A DNA stretch of 64,000 bases. Origin: Nitrospirota bacterium (lineage in GTDB: Bacteria; Nitrospirota; UBA9217). Below, one piece after another: positions 51,049 to 60,303 of the stretch. The DNA lies in contig CAWJQQ010000005.1 in assembly GCA_963845065.1 (NCBI GenBank), forward strand, positions 160,001-224,000, written 5' to 3'. The position numbers and the translations under genes were made by a program. Position 1 is the first letter of the stretch, and the number at the start of each line of letters is the position of its first letter. Below the pieces are notes generated by a model. The model worked only from the letters and a program-made list of their open reading frames with translations, was not told the DNA's origin and searched no databases.

Positions 51049-51696
51049 GCCTCCTTTTTTTGGGATTGCCTTCTTTATGGCTGAAGGCCCATCTTTTCAC
51101 GCCGAAGTTTTCGTACGAATGCCCGTGTGTCTGGCTGGAGTTTGTCAAGGTCATAGCCCTTTGCCATTTCTATAACCTCATTCGCGATTTCAGCCCTTTT
51201 TTTGTTACCACCCTGGTCATATTGGGTTCTCAGCTTGTCGATATCATTCTGCAACTTGTAATTGCGAGTCTCTGTATACGCCGCACAGTCTATTCTTAGG
51301 TTTGATATAGCTTCTTGCGTATCCGGTGACAGGTTATTTAAATCATAGCCTGCGTTTTGCTGTATTTCATTTAGATAAAAACACGCACCTTCCATCTTTC
51401 CTTCTTGGCTATCTTTAGCATAATAATATAGTAACCCTTGAATACGAGCTTCTTCAAACCGTTGAAGCGCAGTTTGAGCGTTCTGATCATTTTGACTAGT
51501 TTGAGGTTTATTTTGAGAAGGAGTTTTATCAGTCTGAAACATCTTTGAAACCCCCCATACAAGCGAGACTATGACCATTAAAATCACAAACCTCACAAAT
51601 AGCTTGTCATTCATTTTAGCCTCCTTTTCTTTTTGACATTTGTGAGAACCTTTGGTACTTCTTCTTCCTCCCGCCTCCTTTCTTTGGGATTGCCTT
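51049..51696. repeat. 24-bp direct repeats (1 mismatch) at 51049-51072 and 51673-51696
   Basis: GCCTCCTTT(T/C)TTTGGGATTGCCTT in both copies. Confidence 0.8.
51075..51614 (-). CDS. hypothetical protein with N-terminal membrane anchor and internal repeat
   Basis: Hydrophobic N-terminus; repeat NEIQQNAGYDLNNLSPDT / NEVIEMAKGYDLDKLQPDT. Confidence 0.65.
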   Translation of the reverse strand: MNDKLFVRFVILMVIVSLVWGVSKMFQTDKTPSQNKPQTSQNDQNAQTALQRFEEARIQGLLYYYAKDSQEGKMEGACFYLNEIQQNAGYDLNNLSPDTQEAISNLRIDCAAYTETRNYKLQNDIDKLRTQYDQGGNKKRAEIANEVIEMAKGYDLDKLQPDTRAFVRKLRREKMGLQP

Positions 51697-51846
51697 TAGA
51701 GCCAAATGAAGAAATGACGGAATAGCCCTAGTTCCCGTCTCCCACCTTGAAACGGAGAACATTGCAACACCAAGAATGTCCGCAAGTTCATCTTGAGTGT
51801 ACCCGTTCTTCTCCCGCCATTTTCTGAGCTCGTCAGGCTTCATCAT
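51616..51846 (-). CDS. Xre/Cro-family HTH regulator
   Basis: LRKWR..GYTQDELADILGV..SVSRWETG.R.IP. Confidence 0.88.
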   Translation of the reverse strand: MMKPDELRKWREKNGYTQDELADILGVAMFSVSRWETGTRAIPSFLHLALKAIPKKGGGRKKKYQRFSQMSKRKGG

Positions 51847-52175
51847 GGCTTAATTATACCATTGGTATAATGATTGTCAAGGCTTTTCTTCTCCCCCCTC
51901 TTTATAGTCTTTTTTGTTTGTTCATGGAAGGAGAGTTTATCAATTTCTTTGTCAATGTCCTTTTTTCGAAATCGCAAAAGACCTCCCGGCTTGAAATGCG
52001 GCAGTTCGTGCTTATGATCGTATACCCATTTCGGACTTACACTGAGATATGCAGCCAGTTCATCAACGGAGAAAATTACATCGTCTGCCTTTTCTATCAA
52101 CAAGAATGGTTTAATAAGTTCTGTAACCCTTTGCGCGATGAGCTCAATATCTTCTTGCTCAATGACCGTTTTCAT
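51843..52175 (-). CDS. excisionase-like HTH protein
   Basis: FSVDELAAYL.VS..WVY..LPHFK.G..LRF.K.DID. Confidence 0.8.
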   Translation of the reverse strand: MKTVIEQEDIELIAQRVTELIKPFLLIEKADDVIFSVDELAAYLSVSPKWVYDHKHELPHFKPGGLLRFRKKDIDKEIDKLSFHEQTKKTIKRGEKKSLDNHYTNGIIKP

Positions 52176-52419
52176 ACTTGACTCCGCTATCGTAAGAGGC
52201 CTTCTCGTTGTTGCAATAGATTCCTTCTTCATTGCAATCCGGGCATCGCAGAAGCACAATTTTAACTGCTCGGTTATTTTGATTAATGTCCTTATGGTAT
52301 GCTTTGCAATTCTTTAAATACATTGGTTCTGGTTTTAAATAGCCGTAGGGGATCGAAAAAACACACCCACGCTTAACGTCAAGTTCCATGTAGCAAAACT
52401 GATCAAGCGGATATTTCAT
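52159..52419 (-). CDS. hypothetical Cys-rich protein
   Basis: ORF track; overlapping operon position; CPDC. Confidence 0.45.
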   Translation of the reverse strand: MKYPLDQFCYMELDVKRGCVFSIPYGYLKPEPMYLKNCKAYHKDINQNNRAVKIVLLRCPDCNEEGIYCNNEKASYDSGVKYENGH

Positions 52420-52521
52420 TTTCTAATTCCCTCTATAAAACGCACTTCTTGAAGTTCACAGTTCACTGCACAGCCTATAGAATAACCAGAAAAAACAAGG
52501 CACTTGCAATAGCGCACTGCT

Positions 52522-52806
52522 TCAATTAGGCAGTTCCCGCCCTTGATTAAACGTCCTTTTTATCAGCTGGAAGTCTTTCTTTACAGCACCAGATTTCACA
52601 CATAGGGCACCAGGTAGCCATATCGTGACCGTGCTGTTATAAGCTCCTTCTGTTTCTTTTTCGTTCTGGTTCTGATTATAAGGACAACGCGCAAGCTGTT
52701 CTGGTGTTGGTTTGACGTATCCAACAGGAATGAGATGAATCGCAATTTGCGGCTCTTGTCTGAATCGAATTTCGAGCTTATTTAATCTATTTTTCAGATT
52801 GGTCAT
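52522..52806 (-). CDS. hypothetical protein
   Basis: LKNRLNKLE N-terminus of the kind seen after terS-like genes; overlaps upstream ORF. Confidence 0.5.
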   Translation of the reverse strand: MTNLKNRLNKLEIRFRQEPQIAIHLIPVGYVKPTPEQLARCPYNQNQNEKETEGAYNSTVTIWLPGALCVKSGAVKKDFQLIKRTFNQGRELPN

Positions 52807-53167
52807 GGCTTTCCTCTACGAGTGAGAGACGCCTTTCTATTTCTTCGAGTTCAATAAATTTAGCTATATAATCAATAATAGAGATTGAAGCACGTAGTCT
52901 TATTGATTCGCTTTTTGCTTTTAATAATCTTCGGAGTACATGTACGGCCTCTTCAGCACCAATTTTCAATTCATGCAAAGCTAAATCAATGACAGCCTTT
53001 TTTTGCTTCTCAAATTCGTCCTTGAATGTTGAATCTTGGAGCCAATTATAAAAAGTGGCTAGGGAGATACCCGCCAAGGATACACCGCTTGAAATCGTTC
53101 TGCTTGAAATAATGACTGTGATGGCCCGCCGTTGTCGAGCAGACAAATTATGTCTATTCGTGTCCAT
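52787..53167 (-). CDS. terminase small subunit-like HTH protein
   Basis: LSARQRRAI..AGIS.ATFYNWL..F..A...L..LL....E..RL.AS..I.D; GAGGAG RBS. Confidence 0.6.
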   Translation of the reverse strand: MDTNRHNLSARQRRAITVIISSRTISSGVSLAGISLATFYNWLQDSTFKDEFEKQKKAVIDLALHELKIGAEEAVHVLRRLLKAKSESIRLRASISIIDYIAKFIELEEIERRLSLVEESHDQSEK

Positions 53168-53216
53168 TGCTCCTCTTGACGTAAGAGCGAAAGTTTTTCA
53201 TTAATGCCTTTTTTTG

Positions 53217-53816
53217 TTATCGACTTTTTCGCACATATCCCATTACAGATTTTGGAGCGTGAAAATCGAAGATTTTCACGCTTCTCTTGTGGATATCTAT
53301 GAAGTATTTTCTTTGGTATCGTTGTCTCGAATTGTCAAGTTTTATACCGATTTTATAAAAAGCATTTCTGAATTTGATATAGCTCTTTTTAAAATGAGAT
53401 GTGTTTGTTTCATATTGGCCCATCATTAATGCCCATTTGTAAAGGTTGATACCTTCAGTTGTCGGTGTGTACCAGGTTGTTCTATAATATTTATGGTTAT
53501 TGAAGTTTCCAGTTTCCAACAAAGGCAAATCAAAGTTTCCTGATCTACTAGTCAAACATTGTAATGTGCGATGATAGGTTGCAGGGCTCAGATATGGGAA
53601 TACGTCATTCAATGCCGTCGTTGAAAAATATATCCACCATTTTCCTTCGATCATCCTTCCCAAATACTGATTAGTGTATTGAAACATCAGATACTCAAAC
53701 AATATCGCTTCGTTTAAACCAAGCCCCTCTGCTAACGTTTTGTCAAAGACAACGATATTCTTTCGCCTCAATCGTATAGAGTCTTTATTTTTGTCAACAC
53801 TTATATCATTACTCAT
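53217..53816 (-). CDS. putative replication initiator (winged-helix) protein, possibly truncated
   Basis: FD..LA..LGL.EAIL..Y..G.WW.Y.S...L...FPY..GNFN..RT.WY resembles phage replisome-organiser N-termini. Confidence 0.55.
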   Translation of the reverse strand: MSNDISVDKNKDSIRLRRKNIVVFDKTLAEGLGLNEAILFEYLMFQYTNQYLGRMIEGKWWIYFSTTALNDVFPYLSPATYHRTLQCLTSRSGNFDLPLLETGNFNNHKYYRTTWYTPTTEGINLYKWALMMGQYETNTSHFKKSYIKFRNAFYKIGIKLDNSRQRYQRKYFIDIHKRSVKIFDFHAPKSVMGYVRKSR

Positions 53817-54078
53817 TGTGCAGCTCTTTGCGAAAACGCATCATTGCCGTTTTTAGATGCTTATGCGACTCAATATATTTTGCTAAGTTGACGGTAATTG
53901 TGTGTGAATTGTAATCGCTGAGGCTTTGATAGAGTTCACTAGAGGGAGTGAAAACGAAAAAGACACGGTTGCTGTGAATTTGAAGCTTCGGATTAAGTCC
54001 GCGATAAGCGAAAAATGCCGCTTCCCATATATCGGATGAAATGAAAGGCTTTTGCTTTTGATGTGGGGTTGTCGTCAT
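53809..54078 (-). CDS. DUF5659-like small protein
   Basis: F.SSDI..AAF..RG..RVFFVF..Y; AAGGAG RBS. Confidence 0.55.
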   Translation of the reverse strand: MTTTPHQKQKPFISSDIWEAAFFAYRGLNPKLQIHSNRVFFVFTPSSELYQSLSDYNSHTITVNLAKYIESHKHLKTAMMRFRKELHNE

Positions 54079-54125
54079 GCGCCGTTCTCCTTGTCGTTAT
54101 CATGGATCGCGGCGCCCTTTTGAGA

Positions 54126-54186
54126 CAAAAAAAGGACGCCGAAGTTCGATTGAATAAAGAATCGTTCTCACGACGCCCTCTCTGTG
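54126..54186 (-). ncRNA. leader hairpin/terminator with bulged TGAGAAC (c4-a1b1-like attenuator candidate)
   Basis: GGGCGTCG-TGAGAAC-GATT-loop-AATC-GAACTT-CGGCGTCC-T7, about 50 nt upstream of the element's leftward operon. Confidence 0.4.
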
Positions 54187-54575
54187 GCTAATTATTATTA
54201 CGACCTTGCGTTGGCTTGGCTGCTTTGGAGTCGTCCTCGGCTTTTAATGAACGCCTGCCCGTAATAATTACGTGGTAATACTAACTCTATTGTCATTATT
54301 TTAGATAATAAATTGGTGTCTGTCAAGATATATTTCGTATTTAGTGATACGGCATAATAAGAAATGTTATTATTTAGAGCTCCAAATAGAATGTATCACT
54401 TTGTAAGTTTTATATGGCGCGACCACAATAGCTGTTAAGTGCGTATCAAGCAAAAATTCTTGAATAAGCATTCTTTTTATTATAAGATGACCATTGGGTT
54501 AGAATTGTATTTTCAGGCGTTCATGTTACTGCTACGGTGACTTATAACAAATGTACTCATATTCGAGGAGGGTTT

Positions 54576-54731
54576 ATGGACGAAGAAAAGGTTAAGTGCC
54601 CGAAGTGTGGTTCGACTCAGGTTCACGCTGAAAAGCGTGGGTGGAGTTCGTTGACGGGATTAATCGGTTCAGGCAAGATCATTCTGACATGCTTAAAATG
54701 CGGCAACACGTTCAAGCCAGGAGAGGGATAG
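54576..54731 (+). CDS. small zinc-ribbon protein
   Basis: CPKCGS..CLKCG..FKPG; GGAGG RBS. Confidence 0.7.
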   Translation: MDEEKVKCPKCGSTQVHAEKRGWSSLTGLIGSGKIILTCLKCGNTFKPGEG

Positions 54732-55100
54732 CTTCATTTTGATACAATCTCGGATTGTAAGTTGAATGGATTTTTAGGAGCTATAACGTTAACCTTATAA
54801 TGACAATTTCGCCATATACAATGACATCGAAGAAGTGAAATGATTTACGAACTTAATGAAATGCAAATATAATTAATACCTTTAAGACAGTTAGAAGTTG
54901 CAAAGGGGTGGGGCTACATTATGGTGGCGTCCCGAAGTGGTTGCCATAGCGAAAGCGCTACGTTTAATTTCTCTTCAGAATTAACTAGAATTTATAAATT
55001 TTGAATAGAAGAACTTTCTTGACACAACAATATATATTGTATAATATTAATTTGTAAACCACTCAATGTTGTGTAAATAGCAAACTTGGGGGCATATTTA

Positions 55101-56546
55101 ATGGGAATTTCTATCGTAGAATTGACGACTATTAAGGATAGAAATTCTAAAGCGTAGACTTCCCTGAATGCTAGGACCGCTTTACACCATAAATACACCG
55201 ATAAACTTATAGTTAATCCAGAGCTAAAACGAGCGTTAGTTTCCTTTCAAGCTAATAAATCTACTCCTTTTTATCGCTGGCTTAAATACAAAGAAGCATT
55301 CTCGTCCGAATTTGTACGTTACATATTGGAAAAGTTTAAGCCCCATGCTTCAGATACTTGCCCGTTCGTCCTCGATCCTTTTGCCGGTGCCGGGACTACA
55401 CTCACCACAGCTTCAAAAATGAGCTGGCAGGCCATTGGTATAGAGCTTTTGCCTGTGGGTGTGGCTGCAATCAAGGCGCGTCTTTTAGCGGATAAAGTAA
55501 ATATAAAATCATTCATATATTACATTGGAAAATTAGAAAATTATCCACTTAATTCGTCAACGTCGAAGGGCTTTAAATTCCCTCATCTCCGTATTACCGA
55601 AAAGGCTTTTTCGAAGCGCACTGAAAGGGCAATATCATCATACATAGCATTCACTAAAAATATACGGAATGCGGATGTGCGCTATTTATTCTGGTTTGCT
55701 TGCCTGTCCATATTGGAAGATGTGAGCTTTACTCGCAAAGATGGTCAATATCTTCGCTGGGATTCACGTTCAGGCCGGCGATTAAAGTCAAATTTTGATA
55801 AAGGTACTATCCATGATTTCAAATCTGCAATTCACAAAAAGCTTCGTCTCATGCATGAAGATATTAGTAAACATAATGGGGGAACATTTTCTAGAAATGT
55901 AAAAGTTATTGAAAACTCAGCTTGACAGAACTTCCATCACTTCAAGATGCCACATTTGATTTGGTAATCACATCGCCGCCATATTGCAACCGCTATGACT
56001 ATACGCGCACTTACGCCCTTGAATTAGCTTTTATGCATCATAATGATGAAAAAGTTAAAGAACTACGTCAAACACTACTGTCAGCAACGGTAGAAAATAA
56101 GACTAAGCAAAAACAACTTGAAAAGGAATATAGCTTTAGAAACCAAGAGAACCGTTACAATGTAGCTTTAGCGGCGTTTAATAATCAAGCAGCTTTACAT
56201 GAAGTTCTTGGTATTCTTTTTAAGGCAGGTGAGAAAGGGGAATTGAATAACAACAATATACCTAACCTTGTGAAAAATTATTTTTTTGAAATGAACATTG
56301 TAATACATGAACTTACCGAGTTGTAAGCCTGGCGGGAGAGTCGTCATGGTCAATGATAATGTTCAGTACCATGGCGAAGAAATTCCAGTAGACCTAATTC
56401 TTTCTGATTTCGCAACTGGTGCAGGTCTTATTGTTGATCATATTTGGGTATTATCACGCGGAAAAGGTAACAGTAGCCAACAAATGGGTGCACATGGCAG
56501 AAACGAAATCCGTAAATGTGTTTATGTCTGGTCTAAGCCTCTATAA
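55101..56546 (+). pseudogene. amino (N4-C/N6-A) DNA methyltransferase, disrupted
   Basis: VSFQANK..YRWLKYKEAFS, DPFAGAGTT (motif I), ITSPPY (motif IV), KGNSSQQMG; in-frame TAG at 55155 and frameshifts near 55920 and 56315. Confidence 0.85.
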
Positions 56547-56567
56547 TACACTAAGGATTTAATAATA

Positions 56568-57527
56568 ATGACGGAATCGAATCATTACACTGATGATCTT
56601 CGCCTTATAAAATCACTCCTTATAGTAACTTCCCTTCAGAAAAGAAAAGATATCCAAGCAATTAATCTTATTAAAAAATTTTCTGACAATCTTACTTGGA
56701 AACCGATCAGCAATCTTTTAATAGAAAATAGTGTCTGGAAATATGAGGTTGAAAAGCAAGATTATGACCCCAAGCTTGTTTTTTGTCATCCACAGGTACT
56801 TATGTATAACCCTGCGACCAGCCTTTATTATAGAGGGCTTTGTAGCCTATCCTTAAAAGCCGTTAAAGACTATTTTGGTGCAGTAGAGTCACTCGAATCA
56901 GGTACGAATATTCACCTAGATAGTGAGAAGGCACTAAAAATGGCACGCACTTACAATACTTTTATTTGTTCAATTATTAAGAACTCCACAGATTGGACTC
57001 TTGAAAACGGGAATCGCACTATTATAGCCACCTTAGGAATAACCCTTGATGGATCAATGCGAAATAAAGTTGGAGGCATTGCAGAGGAACGAATTCGAAC
57101 ACTTATTGTTGATTGGCTAAGTGAACGTGATCTCATCTTGGAACCAAAAAAAATTAATCACGAAAGTATTCCCAGCAAATGCACGCTTCGAAAAAACATT
57201 ATTATGCGTTTCGGCTCTGAGCCGGATATATCATTCCTTAAAGATGATGTTCTATTGGCTGTGGTTGAAATCAAGGGAGGGATTGATCCAGCCGGAGCGT
57301 TAGAACGATATGGTGCTGCAACTAAATCATTTCAACACAGCATTCATGTAAGTCCACTATGCAGAAACTTTTATCTAGGGGCTGTTCTTACACCTGAATT
57401 AGAGAGACGCATCAGTACTGATCGTTTGGTGGAAAAGACATTCAATATTATCGAGATTCTTGACGATCCTGAGAAAAGACAACACTTCTTTAATGAGCTA
57501 TTCCATCATACCCTCCGACTAATATGA
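56568..57527 (+). CDS. type II restriction endonuclease, XcyI-like
   Basis: G..RN..G..AE, F.SEPDI..VEIKGG.D PD-(D/E)xK core; follows the MTase. Confidence 0.72.
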   Translation: MTESNHYTDDLRLIKSLLIVTSLQKRKDIQAINLIKKFSDNLTWKPISNLLIENSVWKYEVEKQDYDPKLVFCHPQVLMYNPATSLYYRGLCSLSLKAVKDYFGAVESLESGTNIHLDSEKALKMARTYNTFICSIIKNSTDWTLENGNRTIIATLGITLDGSMRNKVGGIAEERIRTLIVDWLSERDLILEPKKINHESIPSKCTLRKNIIMRFGSEPDISFLKDDVLLAVVEIKGGIDPAGALERYGAATKSFQHSIHVSPLCRNFYLGAVLTPELERRISTDRLVEKTFNIIEILDDPEKRQHFFNELFHHTLRLI

Positions 57528-57841
57528 GAATATGATCTTGCAATAGCTTGATCGTCTTATAAAAAAAATTGGAGAAAGCAACGTCTCCTTCACGACATTT
57601 GCATCCTAAACACAATATATGCTAAAGGTGGCTATTTATTTGATGAAGAACTGTCAAATGGAAACATCATAGCTAGACTCAACGATGACCTGAGTGCGTC
57701 GTGTAAGATATTTCAAATTAATAAACGTACTGAATATTGCGACACGCTACAGAGGCAATAGCTCTCAACAAATAAAAGAATACAAACGCAGCCATCTCGC
57801 GAAGGCACTGTGGTTTGGGAAAAATAATTTAAGGTATTGAT

Positions 57842-58843
57842 ATGTATTTAGAAAAAATTGCTTATTTGATTGGGGCAGGAGCAACTCACGCGGAAATAAT
57901 GAATCTAGAAGCGAGTCATAGCGAAACATTTATAAGAAAAAATGGATTAAAAATTTCTGATGTCTCAAGAAGAGTAATGAAACGTGCTCAAAATAACAAA
58001 AGATTCAAGCAAGATGTGGAAGCAGTTACATACCGAATAGGTACAGTGAATATAGAATTGTTGATCTCGCTTTTTGAAGCCAATCAAATATCTGACGTCG
58101 ATTATAAGGTTAATTATCTTAAAAAACTGGTTGAGAAAGACATAATGGAAATACTTTCGTCAGAAAAGAAAAAATTTTTTTATTTACATAAGGCTTTATT
58201 TGAGCTACATAATTTAATTAAGAATAAAGAACAACTGACTGGTATTATATCGCTAAATTACGATGATATATTAGATTCGGCTTACGAAGAAATTTGTAAA
58301 CGGAAGCCAAATTATTGCTTTATCACAGATAAAGGGAAAGATATTCCCCTGCTAAAATTACACGGATCTTTTAATTGGACTGAGATTAGCATTTTCGGGA
58401 AAAAAAAGACTATTCCGATTATTCCTTTGGGATTAAATAAAAATTATTTAATTCCACCATACAATTCCTTTTGGAGTCATACACTTGAAGTCCTTGTCCA
58501 ATGCGACAAACTAAGAGTTATTGGTTGCTCTTTAAGTCAAAACGATATTGGGTTAATTGATTTATTATTTAAAGCTCATTTAGAAAGAAGTACTCATTTT
58601 GTTATGGAAATAATAGACATGGATGGAGTAGGCGAAAAAATTAAAGAAGTATATGGTTTTTTCCCTGGAATAAAAACCCTTCGAGAAATCGAAGATTCGT
58701 TAATACCCGTTGATACAAATGTAGAAGCTGAATTAACTAATCCCTTTAAAATATGGTTAAAAGCGAAAGCGGAAAGAATGCTAAGTGCAAGAAGAATTAA
58801 TAATACGAAGCATCTAAAAAAAGTGTTCAAACATAGTAGCTAG
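57842..58843 (+). CDS. SIR2-like (SIR2_2) domain protein
   Basis: YLIGAGA, ISLNYD, LLKLHGSFNW, IIP.G.NK, VIGCSL..ND. Confidence 0.8.
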   Translation: MYLEKIAYLIGAGATHAEIMNLEASHSETFIRKNGLKISDVSRRVMKRAQNNKRFKQDVEAVTYRIGTVNIELLISLFEANQISDVDYKVNYLKKLVEKDIMEILSSEKKKFFYLHKALFELHNLIKNKEQLTGIISLNYDDILDSAYEEICKRKPNYCFITDKGKDIPLLKLHGSFNWTEISIFGKKKTIPIIPLGLNKNYLIPPYNSFWSHTLEVLVQCDKLRVIGCSLSQNDIGLIDLLFKAHLERSTHFVMEIIDMDGVGEKIKEVYGFFPGIKTLREIEDSLIPVDTNVEAELTNPFKIWLKAKAERMLSARRINNTKHLKKVFKHSS

Positions 58844-58852
58844 GAGAGAACA

Positions 58853-59944
58853 ATGTCAGGCAAATCAACAAAATTTACACTTGAAACAATTAAAGTTAAA
58901 GAATTTATCGATGACTACATGTATCGCATAGACATAGATGCTGAGTATCAGCGGGAAAAAATATGGTCAACTGAACAGCAGGAAAAATTATTAGATTCAA
59001 TAATTAATGACATTGATATTCCTAAAATTTATCTCGTTAAGGTAAAAGATAATAAGCAATTTGATTTTGAATGTATTGATGGAAAACAACGCATGACCAC
59101 GTTGTTGAGATTTTTTAAGCCGGAACCAGCTGAAGAATTACCTTTGAAGATAAAATTTTTGCAAGACGAATATACTTATGAGGAATTAAAAGTTGATTAT
59201 CCAAAGATTGTAGAAAAAATAGAAAATTATAAATTAAGTTTTTGCATTTATGAATCTATCGATGAAAACCATGTAAGAGAAATATTTAGACGATTGCAAT
59301 TAGGCATAAGACTTAATTCGGGTGAATTGCTTAAGACAAGAACAGGCACAATACGAGATTTTATTTATAAGAAAATTGGGAATGACGGCCCCTTTTTTAG
59401 AAATACGAGTTTGTCTGAGAAGAGATTTTCCAGACCATTTACACTTGCTCAGATATGCATAAATTCTTTTGCAAAAGCTAAACCAGAAGGTGAATTTGTT
59501 AGAGCTAGATTGCAGGATATAGAAAATTTTTTTGATGTCAATCATAATTTAGACAGTAAAGATAAAAATCTTGTCCGTATAGAAAAAGTTTTGATAGAGA
59601 TGGATAAGGCTTTCAAAAATGATGCTTCTATAATATCAAGTAGGGCAGTTGCAGTAACAGCATACCTTTTTGTTGAGGAATTGTTTGTGAATAAAAAAAA
59701 TAATCTTATTCCAGTCTTCTCAAAATTTTACGTGAAACTACTTAACGAAATTATAGCCAATATGGAACTTTTAAGTAACTATAGTAAGCCTAAAAACCTA
59801 ATTCTAATGGAAGAATTCCAAAAGTATATTCTCCAAGCTTCCGTTGAAGGGTATTCGATTAAAAGAAGGCATAATTTTCTTAAAAAAGCTTTTGATTATT
59901 ACAATACTCCGAAAACGAAAGGGAAAATTATAGGAAGTAAATAA
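58853..59944 (+). CDS. DUF262 (ParB/Srx-like, GmrS-type) domain protein
   Basis: EYQR..W..LLDSI..IP.IYL..IDGKQR.TT..IF.RLQ.G..L..GE; no HNH motif seen in the C-terminal half. Confidence 0.8.
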   Translation: MSGKSTKFTLETIKVKEFIDDYMYRIDIDAEYQREKIWSTEQQEKLLDSIINDIDIPKIYLVKVKDNKQFDFECIDGKQRMTTLLRFFKPEPAEELPLKIKFLQDEYTYEELKVDYPKIVEKIENYKLSFCIYESIDENHVREIFRRLQLGIRLNSGELLKTRTGTIRDFIYKKIGNDGPFFRNTSLSEKRFSRPFTLAQICINSFAKAKPEGEFVRARLQDIENFFDVNHNLDSKDKNLVRIEKVLIEMDKAFKNDASIISSRAVAVTAYLFVEELFVNKKNNLIPVFSKFYVKLLNEIIANMELLSNYSKPKNLILMEEFQKYILQASVEGYSIKRRHNFLKKAFDYYNTPKTKGKIIGSK

Positions 59945-60209
59945 TTTGATCTATTCTTAACTTTTTTGAAACAATGCAACCTTCTACTCTAAAGAGAAGG
60001 TTCACATTCCCATTACATTTACCCACCTATATTAACTTGGCCCCCCTGTTTTCGTTAAATAGCCGCCTTATGCAGTGTGCAGTAGATTGTGCAGTAGAGG
60101 TCGGAATCAGGCGGAATATACGGAAAACGGCCTCCGATGGGAAGTCGAATAACCGAAAGAAAAAGCAAGAAAAGGGAAGGGACGATAAATTGTCCCTTCC
60201 TATCTGAAC

Positions 60210-60262
60210 GCCTTCACACGGCAGGGGTCGCTGGTTCAAACCCAGCATCGCCCACCATGGAA
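60210..60262 (+). repeat. attR, 53-bp direct repeat of tRNA-Val 3' half
   Basis: Identical to 49787-49839. Confidence 0.95.
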
Positions 60263-60267
60263 ATGAC

Positions 60268-60302
60268 AAAGAGGTTAACCGATAAGGTTAACCTCTTTTT
60301 TT
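60268..60302 (+). terminator. original tRNA-Val Rho-independent terminator
   Basis: AAAGAGGTTAACC-GATAA-GGTTAACCTCTTT followed by T run. Confidence 0.85.
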
Positions 60303-60303
60303 A

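Larger units (their letters stand above)
49787..60262. mobile_element. tRNA-Val-integrated element (~10.4 kb), phage-satellite-like core plus defence cargo
   Basis: att repeats, tyrosine integrase next to attL, xre/xis/terS-like/rep-like genes, visibly AT-rich cargo. Confidence 0.9.

Noticed and set aside
55155..55157. In-frame TAG as possible pyrrolysine or readthrough
   Set aside because: The same gene has two frameshifts and no pyl genes are in view; decay or error is simpler
60210..60257. Second tRNA-Val gene
   Set aside because: Only the 3' half is present; it is the attR duplication
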